Of a stretch of 64,000 nt of DNA, positions 27,532-36,874 are shown one piece after another. Each line of letters opens with the position of its first letter. Position 1 is the first letter of the stretch. The notes under the pieces were generated by a model. It saw only the letters and a program-made list of their open reading frames with translations. It searched no databases and was not told the origin of the DNA. This stretch comes from Minisyncoccota bacterium (GTDB lineage Bacteria > Patescibacteriota > Minisyncoccia > Phycocordibacterales > UBA9973), in the NCBI GenBank assembly GCA_041659785.1, contig JBAZXO010000001.1, positions 19,795 through 83,794 of the forward strand, written 5' to 3'. The translations under genes and the position numbers were made by a program.

Positions 27532-28782
27532 ATGGCAAAACACTTATTAGAAGACATGGTGAGGGTAAAAAATATCAAAAAAACTCCCATCAAAATAGAA
27601 CCCCCAAAGATAGAGCCTTTTAAAAATGAGCGTATACCTGAGATAGAAGTAAAATATTCTAAAAATAAATCCAGATACATGCTTTGGTTCGTAGCATTAA
27701 TTTCTGTCGTATTTTGTTTTTTTGCCATTTCTTTTTTATTTGCAAAAGCAGAAATCTCGGTAAATCTAAAAACAAAAGATGTTGTTTTAAATGAAAACTT
27801 ATCTGCTCTTATAAATTCTAATACAGACGTATTGCCTTTCGAGCTCACTCATCTTTCAGGTGATACATCGAAGACAATCGTTTTGGAAGAGAGGGATTTA
27901 AAAGAAAATGCTAAAGGCAAGATTGTTGTTTATAATAAATTTAGTTCTAGTCCTCAAACTCTCGCTATTGATACACGCTTAGAAGGATCCAATAATAAAA
28001 TTTATAAAACAAAAACAAAGGTAATCATTCCAGGAATGAGTAAAGCTGGAATTCCGGGTCAAATTGGCGTGGACATATATGCCTTAGAACAAGGAGCAGC
28101 GTATAATAGTGCTCCACTTGATTTTAAGATAGCAGCCTTTAAGGGAACGAGTAAATATGCAAAATTTTATGGCAGATCAGTGGGGGATATTACAGGTGGT
28201 ATTGTTGGTAAATCTCGCCAAATTAGTGATTTACAAAAAACTCAAACAACAGATGAGCTCAAGCCAATTTTACAAGACAAGCTTTACAATAAAATTGCGA
28301 GTCAGATTCCAGGATTTTTGTTATATAAGGATGCTATGTTTTTAAATGTTGAAGATATTACCACTGGGGCCGTAGCTCCCGATGGTTCAGCTGTTCTAAC
28401 TTTAAAAGGCACTCTTTACGGTATCATTTTTAATGAAAAAAAATTAACTGATAAAATAGCTAAAGACAATATTGAAAAATATGATAATAGTGAAGTTTAT
28501 ATACCAAACATTAAGAGTTTAAACTTTTCTCTTTCCGACAAAGGAAATATCGTATTTGATAGTGTAAAAAATATAAATTTCACTTTGTCGGGCCCTACGA
28601 AGATTGTCTGGAAACTTGATATAAATAAATTTACTACAGATTTACTTGGTAAACCTAAAAAAGACTTTAATCAACTTCTTTCAGAATATCCCAGTATTAG
28701 TTCTGCTCTTGTGAAGTTGAGCCCACCCTGGATACAATCTATTCCCAATAAAGCTAAAGATATAAAAATAACAGTAAATTAG
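27532..28782 (+). CDS. hypothetical bitopic membrane protein (cytoplasmic K/P-rich N-terminus, one TM, large extracytoplasmic domain)
   Basis: ORF directly downstream of the PilM/FtsA-like gene (1-nt gap); no domain recognised. Confidence 0.35.
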   Translation: MAKHLLEDMVRVKNIKKTPIKIEPPKIEPFKNERIPEIEVKYSKNKSRYMLWFVALISVVFCFFAISFLFAKAEISVNLKTKDVVLNENLSALINSNTDVLPFELTHLSGDTSKTIVLEERDLKENAKGKIVVYNKFSSSPQTLAIDTRLEGSNNKIYKTKTKVIIPGMSKAGIPGQIGVDIYALEQGAAYNSAPLDFKIAAFKGTSKYAKFYGRSVGDITGGIVGKSRQISDLQKTQTTDELKPILQDKLYNKIASQIPGFLLYKDAMFLNVEDITTGAVAPDGSAVLTLKGTLYGIIFNEKKLTDKIAKDNIEKYDNSEVYIPNIKSLNFSLSDKGNIVFDSVKNINFTLSGPTKIVWKLDINKFTTDLLGKPKKDFNQLLSEYPSISSALVKLSPPWIQSIPNKAKDIKITVN

Positions 28783-28793
28783 ATAATGTTTAT

Positions 28794-28822
28794 TTGACTT
28801 AATTTACTAATTTTACTATAAT
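28794..28822 (+). promoter_or_regulatory. consensus sigma-70-type promoter (TTGACT-17 nt-TATAAT) for the infA-rpmJ-rpsM-rpsK-rpsD-rpoA-rplQ cluster
   Basis: ttgact (28794-28799), 17-nt spacer, tataat (28817-28822). ATG at 28836 implies a very short leader. Confidence 0.6.
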
Positions 28823-28835
28823 ATACAATATATTC

Positions 28836-29069
28836 ATGAGTGACCTAAGAAAAGAAAAAATAGTAACAGCGAGGGGAGTTGTCACTGAGGCACTACCTTC
28901 TACTTTATTTAGAGTCAAAATGGAAGATAAGGAAGACGAAGGAAAAGAAATTCTTGCATACTTGGGAGGAAAAATGCGGATGCACAGAATTAAAGTTTTG
29001 ATAGGTGATTCAGTCGAAATAGTGCTCGATCCTTATGGCGGAAAGGGAAGAATCGTTAAAAGGTTGTAA
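28836..29069 (+). CDS. infA: translation initiation factor IF-1
   Basis: S1-like 77-aa protein ..ALPSTLFRVKMEDKEDEGKEILAYLGGKMRMHRIKVLIGDSVEIVLDPYGGKGRIVKRL. Confidence 0.9.
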   Translation: MSDLRKEKIVTARGVVTEALPSTLFRVKMEDKEDEGKEILAYLGGKMRMHRIKVLIGDSVEIVLDPYGGKGRIVKRL

Positions 29070-29180
29070 TTTTTTTAATAATAGTGTATTATACTAATTA
29101 CGGTTTTTAAAAAGTTAGAGCATTGAAAAATAAGGGTCTTTTCCTTGTTTTTCTCTTGTTTTGTTTTGAAAAAAATTTTT

Positions 29181-29291
29181 ATGAAAATAAAATCAGCAGT
29201 AAAAAAAATTTGTGATAATTGTAAAATGGTTAAAAGAGCCAGGCATTTAAGAATAATTTGTACTAACCCTAAACACAAACAAAAACAATAA
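29181..29291 (+). CDS. rpmJ: 50S ribosomal protein L36 (not in the supplied ORF track)
   Basis: Translation [36 protein letters not shown] with the CxxC..C..H zinc ribbon. Confidence 0.9.
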   Translation: MKIKSAVKKICDNCKMVKRARHLRIICTNPKHKQKQ

Positions 29292-29294
29292 TTT

Positions 29295-29675
29295 ATGAGA
29301 ATTTTAGGAATTACAGTACCAAATGAAAAAAGACTCGAAATTGGCTTAACCTGCCTATATGGTATTGGTGTTTCATCTGCTCGTAAAATTCTAAAGCAAG
29401 TTAATATTGACTATGGTAAAAAAGCTAAAGATTTAACCCTGGACGAAGAAAATAGCATCCGTGCTATTGTCGAGAAAATATCAATTGAAGGAAACCTAAA
29501 AAGGGAAGTGGCTGCAAATATAAAGAGATTGAAAGATATAAAAAGTTACCGAGGTGTTCGCCACATGAAGAGATTACCAGTTCGCGGACAACGCACTAAA
29601 ACAAATTCCCGAACAGTTCGAGGCAACGTCAGAAAGACAATGGCTTCAGGTAAGAGAAAAGAAAGTAAAACATAG
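29295..29675 (+). CDS. rpsM: 30S ribosomal protein S13
   Basis: MRILGITVPNEKRLEIGLTCLYGIGVSSARKIL.. Confidence 0.9.
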   Translation: MRILGITVPNEKRLEIGLTCLYGIGVSSARKILKQVNIDYGKKAKDLTLDEENSIRAIVEKISIEGNLKREVAANIKRLKDIKSYRGVRHMKRLPVRGQRTKTNSRTVRGNVRKTMASGKRKESKT

Positions 29676-29693
29676 TATTAAATAAAATTTTAA

Positions 29694-30128
29694 ATGCCAA
29701 AGACAAAAACAACAACAGAAGAAGAAATAAAGCCTGAAGGAGAAGAAGTAAAAAAAGCTCCATCAAAAACAGCAAAGAAGAAAGTTAATTCTGGTGTTTT
29801 GCATGTTGAGGCCACCTTCAACAATACGAAAGTTCTTTTTTCAGATAAATTAGGCAATACATTATTTTGGTCAAGTGCTGGAAGCTTAGGCTTCAGAGGA
29901 GCAAAGAAGGGAACTCCCTTCGCAGCTTCCAAGGTTGGAGATATTATCGGTGGTAAGGCAGAAATCCTTGGAGTAAAGGATGCTGATGTTGTTATCTTGG
30001 GGGTTGGATCCGGACGTGAACCAGCAGTGAGAGCATTTATGGCTCATGGTATAGAGATCACTTCTATTCTAGACGCTACACCAGTACCTCACAATGGACC
30101 AAAAGCTAAGAAGCCCAGAAGAGTATAA
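29694..30128 (+). CDS. rpsK: 30S ribosomal protein S11
   Basis: GVLHVEATFNNTKVLFSDKLGNTLFWSSAGSLGFRGAKKGTPFAA. Confidence 0.9.
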   Translation: MPKTKTTTEEEIKPEGEEVKKAPSKTAKKKVNSGVLHVEATFNNTKVLFSDKLGNTLFWSSAGSLGFRGAKKGTPFAASKVGDIIGGKAEILGVKDADVVILGVGSGREPAVRAFMAHGIEITSILDATPVPHNGPKAKKPRRV

Positions 30129-30153
30129 GAGAGTTTAATTTTTAAAAAGATTT

Positions 30154-30756
30154 ATGATATCAAAACCAAAATTTAAAATTTGTAGAAGACTTGGTCCAGG
30201 AGTTTATGACAAATGTCAGACTGCTAAATTTTCTGCGTCTTCTACTAAAACTTTACCAGGAGGTAAACGACCCAAGGCTCCCACTGAATATGGAGTACAG
30301 CTTATCGAAAAGCAAAAAATTCGTTTTTCATATGGAATCTCAGAACGTCAGCTTTCTAATTATGTTAAAAAAGTTTCTGCCGTTAAGGGTGCTGGAACAG
30401 CAGAGAAGCTTTATGAAGGACTTGAATCTCGCCTCGATAATGTAATTTACAGAATGGGACTCGGAGCATCACGCCGTGCCACTAGACAAATGGTTTCCCA
30501 TGGACATTTCATTGTAAATAATCATAGAGTTACCATTCCGTCATATGAAGTAAAAGTTGGAGATGTAATAAAGATTCGTGAGGGAAGTAAGGTTAAGAAA
30601 ATTTTTGCAAACCTTGCAGACAGACTAAAAGATTATACCGCACCCACTTGGGTTAGTTTTGATATAAATAGTATGGAGGGACGTATTTTAGCTAAACCTA
30701 AAAATATCGAAACCTTCCTTGATATTAATGCCGTCCTTGAGTTCTATAGTCGTTAA
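30154..30756 (+). CDS. rpsD: 30S ribosomal protein S4
   Basis: N-terminal CRRLG.., S4 domain ..RLDNVIYRMGLGASRRATRQMVSHGHFIVNNHRV. Confidence 0.9.
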   Translation: MISKPKFKICRRLGPGVYDKCQTAKFSASSTKTLPGGKRPKAPTEYGVQLIEKQKIRFSYGISERQLSNYVKKVSAVKGAGTAEKLYEGLESRLDNVIYRMGLGASRRATRQMVSHGHFIVNNHRVTIPSYEVKVGDVIKIREGSKVKKIFANLADRLKDYTAPTWVSFDINSMEGRILAKPKNIETFLDINAVLEFYSR

Positions 30757-30786
30757 ATTTTTTAAATATTATTAGAGTTTAATTAA

Positions 30787-30808
30787 CTTTTCCCGCCAGG
30801 GGCGGATA
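30787..30808. repeat. GC mini-palindrome (tcccgcc-aggg-gcgga, then taaata) 13 nt upstream of the rpoA ATG
   Basis: cttttcccgccaggggcggata resembles 1453-1470 (tttccgccaaaggcggata). Confidence 0.65.
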
Positions 30809-30820
30809 AATATAAAAATT

Positions 30821-31792
30821 ATGCCTGAATATAAAATAATTATGCCTTCAAAGCCTCGTGTTGTCCTAGAAGAAGGTAATAAAGGAGTATTTGAAATAGA
30901 TGGTTTATATCCTGGATACGGCCATACATTAGGTAATAGCTTAAGAAGGATAATCCTTTCTTCTCTTCCTGGCGCCAGTGTTACTTCTGTGAAGATTGAT
31001 GGTGTTAGTCATGAATTTCAGACAATGGATGGAATCAAAGAAGATGTCATTGTGATGATTTTGAACTTAAAGAAGACTCGTTTCAAAATGCTTTCTGATG
31101 AGCCTCAGACAGTAACACTATCTATAAAAGGACCTAAAGAAGTTTTAGCTTCTGACATTAAAACTGGCGGACAAGTAGAAATATTAAATCCTGATCTACA
31201 CATCGTGGAAGTTACTGGTAAAGTAAATTTAAATATAGAAATGAAAATTGAAAAAGGCTTAGGCTTTATTTCAAAAGAAACTTTCCAAAAAGAAAAAGTT
31301 GATGTCGGTACTATTGCCGTAGATGCTATATTCTCTCCTATTCGTAGAGTTGCTTATGAAGTTGAAAACATGCGTGTCGGCGACAAGACGAACCACAATC
31401 GTCTAAGAATCTCCATCGAGACAGATGGAACCTTGACTCCTCGTGAAGCCCTATCTCGTTCTATTGAGATTATGATAAATCAATTGAAAGCCATTATTGA
31501 TTTCAAGGAGCCTGAGGAAGAAGTAAAAGTCAGTAAGAAGGCTTCAAAAGAAGAAGAAGCTGAAGGAGAAGATAAAAAAGGTGATTTTGCTGATGTTCTA
31601 AAGACTCGTACAGACAGTCTCGACCTTTCTACCAGAACATTAAATGCTCTTACTTCTGCAAATATCCGAACTCTCGGTGGTCTCGCTCGAAAGAAAAGAG
31701 AAGATTTACTTGAGATCGAAGGTATTGGAGAAAAAGGTATTACCGAGATTAAAAAGGTTTTAAACAAATTTGGCCTTAATTTAAAAGAATAA
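30821..31792 (+). CDS. rpoA: DNA-directed RNA polymerase alpha subunit
   Basis: N-terminal dimerisation domain and a C-terminal alpha-CTD HhH (..LNALTSANIRTLGGL..). Confidence 0.9.
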   Translation: MPEYKIIMPSKPRVVLEEGNKGVFEIDGLYPGYGHTLGNSLRRIILSSLPGASVTSVKIDGVSHEFQTMDGIKEDVIVMILNLKKTRFKMLSDEPQTVTLSIKGPKEVLASDIKTGGQVEILNPDLHIVEVTGKVNLNIEMKIEKGLGFISKETFQKEKVDVGTIAVDAIFSPIRRVAYEVENMRVGDKTNHNRLRISIETDGTLTPREALSRSIEIMINQLKAIIDFKEPEEEVKVSKKASKEEEAEGEDKKGDFADVLKTRTDSLDLSTRTLNALTSANIRTLGGLARKKREDLLEIEGIGEKGITEIKKVLNKFGLNLKE

Positions 31793-31817
31793 CTACGAGC
31801 TTAACGCCACTAATTAT

Positions 31818-32174
31818 ATGAGACATGGAAATAATGTAAGAAAATTTGGGAGAGATAAAACACAAAAGAGAGCGCTTTTGAATTCTTTAGCACTCAATTT
31901 AATCGTACGTGAAAAAATAAAAACGACTGAACCTAAAGCAAAAGAACTTCGACCATTTATCGAGAAGCTTGTAACTCGTGCCAAGGGAGGAAGTTTAGCA
32001 ACACGCAGACTCATCATCGCGAAGCTTTCAAACCGCAGTGCTGAAGTTAAAAAGCTTTTTGATGTAATTGCACCAAGATATACAGATAAAAAAGGTGGGT
32101 ATACGAGAGTATTAAAATTAGGAGCCCGAAAATCAGATGGTGCCAAGATGGCGATTATAGAGTTTGTAAAATAA
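31818..32174 (+). CDS. rplQ: 50S ribosomal protein L17
   Basis: MRHGNNVRKFGRDKTQKRALLNSLALNLIVREKIKTTEPKAKELRPFIEKLVT.. Confidence 0.9.
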   Translation: MRHGNNVRKFGRDKTQKRALLNSLALNLIVREKIKTTEPKAKELRPFIEKLVTRAKGGSLATRRLIIAKLSNRSAEVKKLFDVIAPRYTDKKGGYTRVLKLGARKSDGAKMAIIEFVK

Positions 32175-32208
32175 AGTTTTCTTGTGTTATTGATAAAAAT
32201 AAATTAGT

Positions 32209-32586
32209 ATGAAAAATGTAATGAAAAAAACAGACAATAGAGAAATAAAGACCATAGATGCATCAGGTAGAACACTTGGCAGAGTAGCTAGTGAAGTGGC
32301 GATGTCTTTGATGGGTAAGACCAAGGCGACTTTCGAACGCAATGTTTATTCTGGTTTTCCCGTAAAAGTAATTAATGCAAGTAAGCTACGCATTACACCA
32401 AAGAAATTAGATGAAATTTATCATACTAGATATTCAGGTATTCCAGGTGGACTACGTATTTTAAAAGGTAGTTATACTGCTTCCAATCAGGGGTTAAAGG
32501 AATTAATCAAGCTCGCAACATTTCAAATGCTTCCAGGAAATAAATTACGCCGAATTATGATGAAACATTTAACAATTGTAGATTAA
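32209..32586 (+). CDS. rplM: 50S ribosomal protein L13
   Basis: IDASGRTLGRVASEVAMSLMGK.. Confidence 0.85.
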   Translation: MKNVMKKTDNREIKTIDASGRTLGRVASEVAMSLMGKTKATFERNVYSGFPVKVINASKLRITPKKLDEIYHTRYSGIPGGLRILKGSYTASNQGLKELIKLATFQMLPGNKLRRIMMKHLTIVD

Positions 32587-32625
32587 TAATACTTGCCCCG
32601 CCATGGCGGAGTGAAGATAAAGAAA

Positions 32626-33051
32626 ATGACAACAGAAACAAAAGGAAAATACATCGAAGCCATCGGAAGAAGAAAAACTTCTACTGCTAGAGTACGTATC
32701 ACCGAAGGCTCAAAAGCTCATTTTACTGTAAATGGTATTGATGCTAAGGATTATTTTAAGACAGAAGAAGAGCGACGTTTGATATTAGATCCTATAATCA
32801 AAGGTATACCAACGGGTGGAGCTAAGTCTGATGTTAAGTGGGTTGTAGATGTTCATGTATCAGGTGGTGGAACTCATTCTCAATCAGAAGCTATTCGTCA
32901 TGGTCTTGCACGAGCTCTTACTGAATCAGATGTAACCTTACGTGGAGGTTTGAAAACATTAGGCTTCTTAAAGCGTGATCCTAGAGCAAAAGAACGCAGA
33001 AAATTCGGTCTCAAGAAAGCTCGCAAAGCTCCTCAGTGGTCCAAACGTTAA
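32626..33051 (+). CDS. rpsI: 30S ribosomal protein S9 (the ORF track's alternative start 32593 would translate the upstream palindrome)
   Basis: ..GGGTHSQSEAIRHGLARAL..LKRDPRAKERRKFGLKKARKAPQWSKR. The family A palindrome cttgccccgccatggcgg lies at 32592-32609. Confidence 0.85.
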   Translation: MTTETKGKYIEAIGRRKTSTARVRITEGSKAHFTVNGIDAKDYFKTEEERRLILDPIIKGIPTGGAKSDVKWVVDVHVSGGGTHSQSEAIRHGLARALTESDVTLRGGLKTLGFLKRDPRAKERRKFGLKKARKAPQWSKR

Positions 33052-33101
33052 TTCTAAAATACCCCTTTCTTATAGGGGTATTTTTATGTTAAGATAAATA
33101 T

Positions 33102-33740
33102 ATGGTAGATAAAGAAGAAAAGAAACTTGCCCCGTCCAAAGGCGGGGATAATGAAATTCCTACAGAGGGAGATACTTCCGAGGTTCTTGAATTTGAGTTC
33201 AACGAAGACGGGGAAGAAGATTTAAAGAAAACTCTAAAGAAATTTAGAGCGGACATAAAAGAACTCAAGAAAGAAAACTACGAGCTTAACGCCACAAGTA
33301 TTGAGTATCTTACTGGCTGGCAGAAAGAGCGAGCAGAATTCGCAAATTATAGAAAACAAGAAGATGAAAGAAAAGCAATCTTTTCCGAAGCGATGCGTGA
33401 GAGAATACTTACTCGTTTTTTGACCGTCTCTGATAGCTTCAACATGGCTTTCGCAAACAAAGAGGCTTGGGAAAAAGTCGATGATAATTGGCGTAAAGGT
33501 GTGGAATATATTTATGCTCAGATGAATGGAATATTTGAAGAATATGGAGTGAAACCCGTAGGTGAAGTAGGTGAGAGTTTTGACCCCAATATTCATCAAT
33601 CTGTCGATGTTGTAGAAACAGACAAAAAAGAACTAGAACACAAGGTGGCAACTGTGATACAAAAAGGCTATAAATTAGGCGAGCGCGTCATGCGTCCAGC
33701 TAGGGTAAATGTGTACGAGTTCAAAGAAAAAGTAGTATAA
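33102..33740 (+). CDS. grpE: nucleotide exchange factor GrpE (the N-terminal tail contains an in-frame family A palindrome)
   Basis: C-terminal ..KVATVIQKGYKLGERVMRPARVNV..; the element at 33126-33147 encodes KKLAPSKGGDNE. Confidence 0.85.
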   Translation: MVDKEEKKLAPSKGGDNEIPTEGDTSEVLEFEFNEDGEEDLKKTLKKFRADIKELKKENYELNATSIEYLTGWQKERAEFANYRKQEDERKAIFSEAMRERILTRFLTVSDSFNMAFANKEAWEKVDDNWRKGVEYIYAQMNGIFEEYGVKPVGEVGESFDPNIHQSVDVVETDKKELEHKVATVIQKGYKLGERVMRPARVNVYEFKEKVV

Positions 33741-33749
33741 TAAGATAAA

Positions 33750-33818
33750 CCCCCACACCTATTTCAAGTGCACATCAAATATATACTAAGCTTAATATTT
33801 TAAAAATAGGTGTGGGGG
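33750..33818. repeat. perfect 15-bp inverted repeat (cccccacacctattt / aaataggtgtggggg) with a 39-nt AT-rich loop downstream of grpE
   Basis: Read directly. Candidate terminator or small structured RNA. Confidence 0.6.
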
Positions 33819-33853
33819 TAAAGGTCGTTTGTTGGTTATAATATCTTATTTTT

Positions 33854-34159
33854 ATGGTATTTATTTACACAACTTGCGCGGATTCTATTGAGGCACAACT
33901 TTTAGGTAAATTAATTATCGAAAAAAAGCTCGGTGTCTCTATAGACTATTGGCCAATAGACTCTATCTATAATTGGGAGGGTAATATAAAAGAAGTGTCA
34001 CAAATGATGCTAATGATTACTACTCTTGAATCTAAGCTCGAAGAAGTGAATGATTTAGTTTCTAAACATCACAGCTACTCCACACCAATAATTGCTGGTG
34101 TCGATGTTCGTAGAATTAACAGAGCTTATAAAGAGTGGATGACCAAAAATATTACCTAA
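33854..34159 (+). CDS. cutA: CutA1-like divalent-cation tolerance protein
   Basis: About 100 aa. ..IDSIYNWEGNIKEVSQMMLMITTLE..HSYSTPIIAGVDV resembles the CutA1 family. Confidence 0.55.
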   Translation: MVFIYTTCADSIEAQLLGKLIIEKKLGVSIDYWPIDSIYNWEGNIKEVSQMMLMITTLESKLEEVNDLVSKHHSYSTPIIAGVDVRRINRAYKEWMTKNIT

Positions 34160-34236
34160 ATGCATATTTACGCCATGGCGTATATATAAAATATTTCTTA
34201 AACTATCATATATGATATATTAAGAAATTAAATGTT

Positions 34237-34770
34237 TTATTTTCCGAAAGTTTTAAATAAAACTTTCTTACTCTCTTCGTCTATAAATTCGGTGACAATG
34301 ATCATCATTTCTGTAGTTAGTCCTAAATCTTTTTTAATATTCGTAAATAAATGTTCGTATGGGAAAGGGGAGATCCATGCAGAATTTTTTAAACATATGA
34401 AGCCCGCTTTTTTTAAAAGGTAGCGCAAGCTCTCGCGTTCAGATTTTCTATCTTCAGGAAGATCTAGGAGAATAATTCTCCATAAACCATCCCAAGAAGT
34501 ATTTACCAGAGTCGTATCATTGTCTAACTTTAAGCTATTCATTTTCTTTCTTCCTTCTTTTGTCAGCCTAGCATATTCGTTTTGTGGGGATGGTATTTGC
34601 TCTATGAGTCCAGCTTCCTTTAAGCCCTTTAAAGAGCGTGTAAGGGCATATTTGTCCGCCTGAGAGCAGTCCTTTTGGTTTATCCTTTCTGTTAGTTCTG
34701 ATAGTGAAATAGCTGATTTTTCCCCTAAAATCTTGAGTATTTTCTTGGAATATTTTGATTTGCTTGACAT
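34237..34770 (-). CDS. PaaX-family-like winged-helix transcriptional regulator, divergently transcribed from dnaK
   Basis: N-terminal wHTH (..SLSELTERINQ..ALTRSLKGLKEAGLIEQ). C-terminal DGLWRIILLDLPE..RESLRYLLKKAGFICLKNSAWISP resembles the PaaX C-terminal domain. Confidence 0.4.
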   Translation of the reverse strand: MSSKSKYSKKILKILGEKSAISLSELTERINQKDCSQADKYALTRSLKGLKEAGLIEQIPSPQNEYARLTKEGRKKMNSLKLDNDTTLVNTSWDGLWRIILLDLPEDRKSERESLRYLLKKAGFICLKNSAWISPFPYEHLFTNIKKDLGLTTEMMIIVTEFIDEESKKVLFKTFGK

Positions 34771-34857
34771 AGATATATACTATCATATATACTACTTTTA
34801 TACAAATAATTAGTGGTCGCGAAATATAAGTTAAATTATAAAATAATCATATAACAT

Positions 34858-36750
34858 ATGAGTAAAATAATAGGTATAGATTTGGGTACAACAAATTCGG
34901 CTGTCGCTATCATTGAAGGAGGCGCACCAAAGATTATTGAAAATGTCGAAGGAAACAGAACGACACCTTCTGTGGTTGCCACAGCAAAAAATGGTGACCG
35001 CATCGTCGGCTTACTTGCTAAGAGGCAAGCAGTTACAAATCCAGAAAATACAATTGCTGAAATCAAGCGCTTCATGGGGCATCGTTTTGATGATCCAGAA
35101 GTTCAGAAAGATCATCAGACTGCAGCATTTAAAATTGAAGCCGGAGATGGTGGTGGAGTAAAAGTAAAAATGACAGATAAGTTTTACCGACCAGAAGAAA
35201 TTTCTGCGATGATCTTACAGAAAATTAAAGCAGATGTGGAAGCAAAGTTGGGTGAAAAGATTACTGAAGCTGTCATCACTGTGCCAGCATATTTCAACGA
35301 TGCTCAAAGAAAGGCTACCAAGGATGCAGGAGCTATCGCAGGACTTGATGTGAAGCGTATCATCAATGAACCTACAGCTGCAGCACTTGCTTATGGTTTC
35401 GATAAAAAGAAAAATGAAAAAGTTGTCGTCTACGATTTCGGTGGAGGAACTTTCGATGTGTCCGTCCTTGAAATAGGTGATGATGTCATAGAAGTAAAAT
35501 CAACCGATGGAGACAGTCACATGGGTGGAGGTGATATTGATAGAAAAATAATTGCATGGATTGCTGACGAATATAAAAAGGAATCAGGTATTGATGTAAC
35601 GAAAGATCCACTTGCACACCAGAGACTAAAAGAAGCAGCAGAAAAAGCTAAACATGAACTTTCTACAACAATAGAAACTGAAATAAATATCCCATTTATA
35701 ACTTCCGATGCATCTGGACCAAAACACTTACTCTTGAAGATGACTCGTGCCATGCTCGAATCTCTTGCGAAAGAATACATTGATCGCTCTATCGAAATCA
35801 CGAAGAGAGCCCTCGCTGCTTCTCCATTTAAAATGAATGAGATAAATGAAATCATCATGGTGGGTGGTCAGACCAGAATGCCAGCTATCGTCTCTGCTGT
35901 TAAAAATCTCTTCGGCAAAGAGCCAAATATGTCTATAAATCCTGACGAAGTCGTAGCCCTCGGTGCTGCAGTGCAGGCTGGAGTCCTAGCCGGTGATGTG
36001 CGAGACGTGCTTCTTCTTGATGTTATACCTCTATCTTTAGGTATTGAGACATTGGGTGGAGTGTCTACAAAGTTAATTGAAAGAAATACAACTATTCCAT
36101 CTTCTAAATCTCAAGTATTCTCTACCGCTGCTGACAATCAGACTTCTGTAGAAATACATATCGTTCAAGGTGAACGTCCAATGGCTTCCGACAACAAATC
36201 TCTCGGACGATTTATCTTGGACGGAGTTCCACCAGCACCTCGTGGCATGCCACAAATCGAAGTCGCTTTCGACGTCGATGCGAACGGAATCTTGAATGTC
36301 ACCGCGAAGGATAAAGCTTCAGGAAAGAGCCAATCAATAAAAATTGAAGCAAGTTCTGGACTTAAAGACGAAGATATTAAAAAGATGCAAGCCGATGCTG
36401 AGCTTCATGCCGAAGAAGATAAAAAGAAGAAAGAAAATGCAGAAGTGAAAAATACTGCAGAGATGATTATCTACACTGCAGAGAAAGCATTGAAAGATAA
36501 TGAAGCAAAAATTCCTGCAGAATTAAAGGATGAAGTAAATGCTAAAATTACTGCACTCCGTGGAGTAAAAGATGGCACTGATGGTGAAGCGATAAAGAAA
36601 GCTACTGAAGAACTTTCAACAGAGATGTCTAAAATCGGTGAAGCTGTATCTAAGGCCGGCGCCGAGACTCCGGGAGCAAGTGCTCCAGAAGAGCAACCCG
36701 CAGAAGTAAAAGAAAAGACAGAAGGTGAAGAAGAAACACCAAAAGCGTAA
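34858..36750 (+). CDS. dnaK: molecular chaperone DnaK (Hsp70)
   Basis: [23 protein letters not shown], and the full Hsp70 architecture with an acidic C-terminal tail. Confidence 0.95.
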   Translation: MSKIIGIDLGTTNSAVAIIEGGAPKIIENVEGNRTTPSVVATAKNGDRIVGLLAKRQAVTNPENTIAEIKRFMGHRFDDPEVQKDHQTAAFKIEAGDGGGVKVKMTDKFYRPEEISAMILQKIKADVEAKLGEKITEAVITVPAYFNDAQRKATKDAGAIAGLDVKRIINEPTAAALAYGFDKKKNEKVVVYDFGGGTFDVSVLEIGDDVIEVKSTDGDSHMGGGDIDRKIIAWIADEYKKESGIDVTKDPLAHQRLKEAAEKAKHELSTTIETEINIPFITSDASGPKHLLLKMTRAMLESLAKEYIDRSIEITKRALAASPFKMNEINEIIMVGGQTRMPAIVSAVKNLFGKEPNMSINPDEVVALGAAVQAGVLAGDVRDVLLLDVIPLSLGIETLGGVSTKLIERNTTIPSSKSQVFSTAADNQTSVEIHIVQGERPMASDNKSLGRFILDGVPPAPRGMPQIEVAFDVDANGILNVTAKDKASGKSQSIKIEASSGLKDEDIKKMQADAELHAEEDKKKKENAEVKNTAEMIIYTAEKALKDNEAKIPAELKDEVNAKITALRGVKDGTDGEAIKKATEELSTEMSKIGEAVSKAGAETPGASAPEEQPAEVKEKTEGEEETPKA

Positions 36751-36782
36751 TTGTTCAACACTCGGTGTTAAACATTCAAAAA

Positions 36783-36809
36783 CCGCTAGGTAAGACCTAG
36801 CGGTTTTTG
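36783..36809 (+). terminator. intrinsic terminator downstream of dnaK
   Basis: ccgctagg-taaga-cctagcgg hairpin followed by ttttt. Confidence 0.65.
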
Positions 36810-36874
36810 TTGCTTTTGTCTACGGGGAGGGGTTATAATTAAAAGGTTAATTTATCAGTTTAATTTTTTAATGT

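Noticed and set aside
29075-29278. 67-aa minus-strand ORF
   Set aside because: It overlaps the clear plus-strand rpmJ (L36) gene at 29181-29291 and is an AT-rich shadow ORF.
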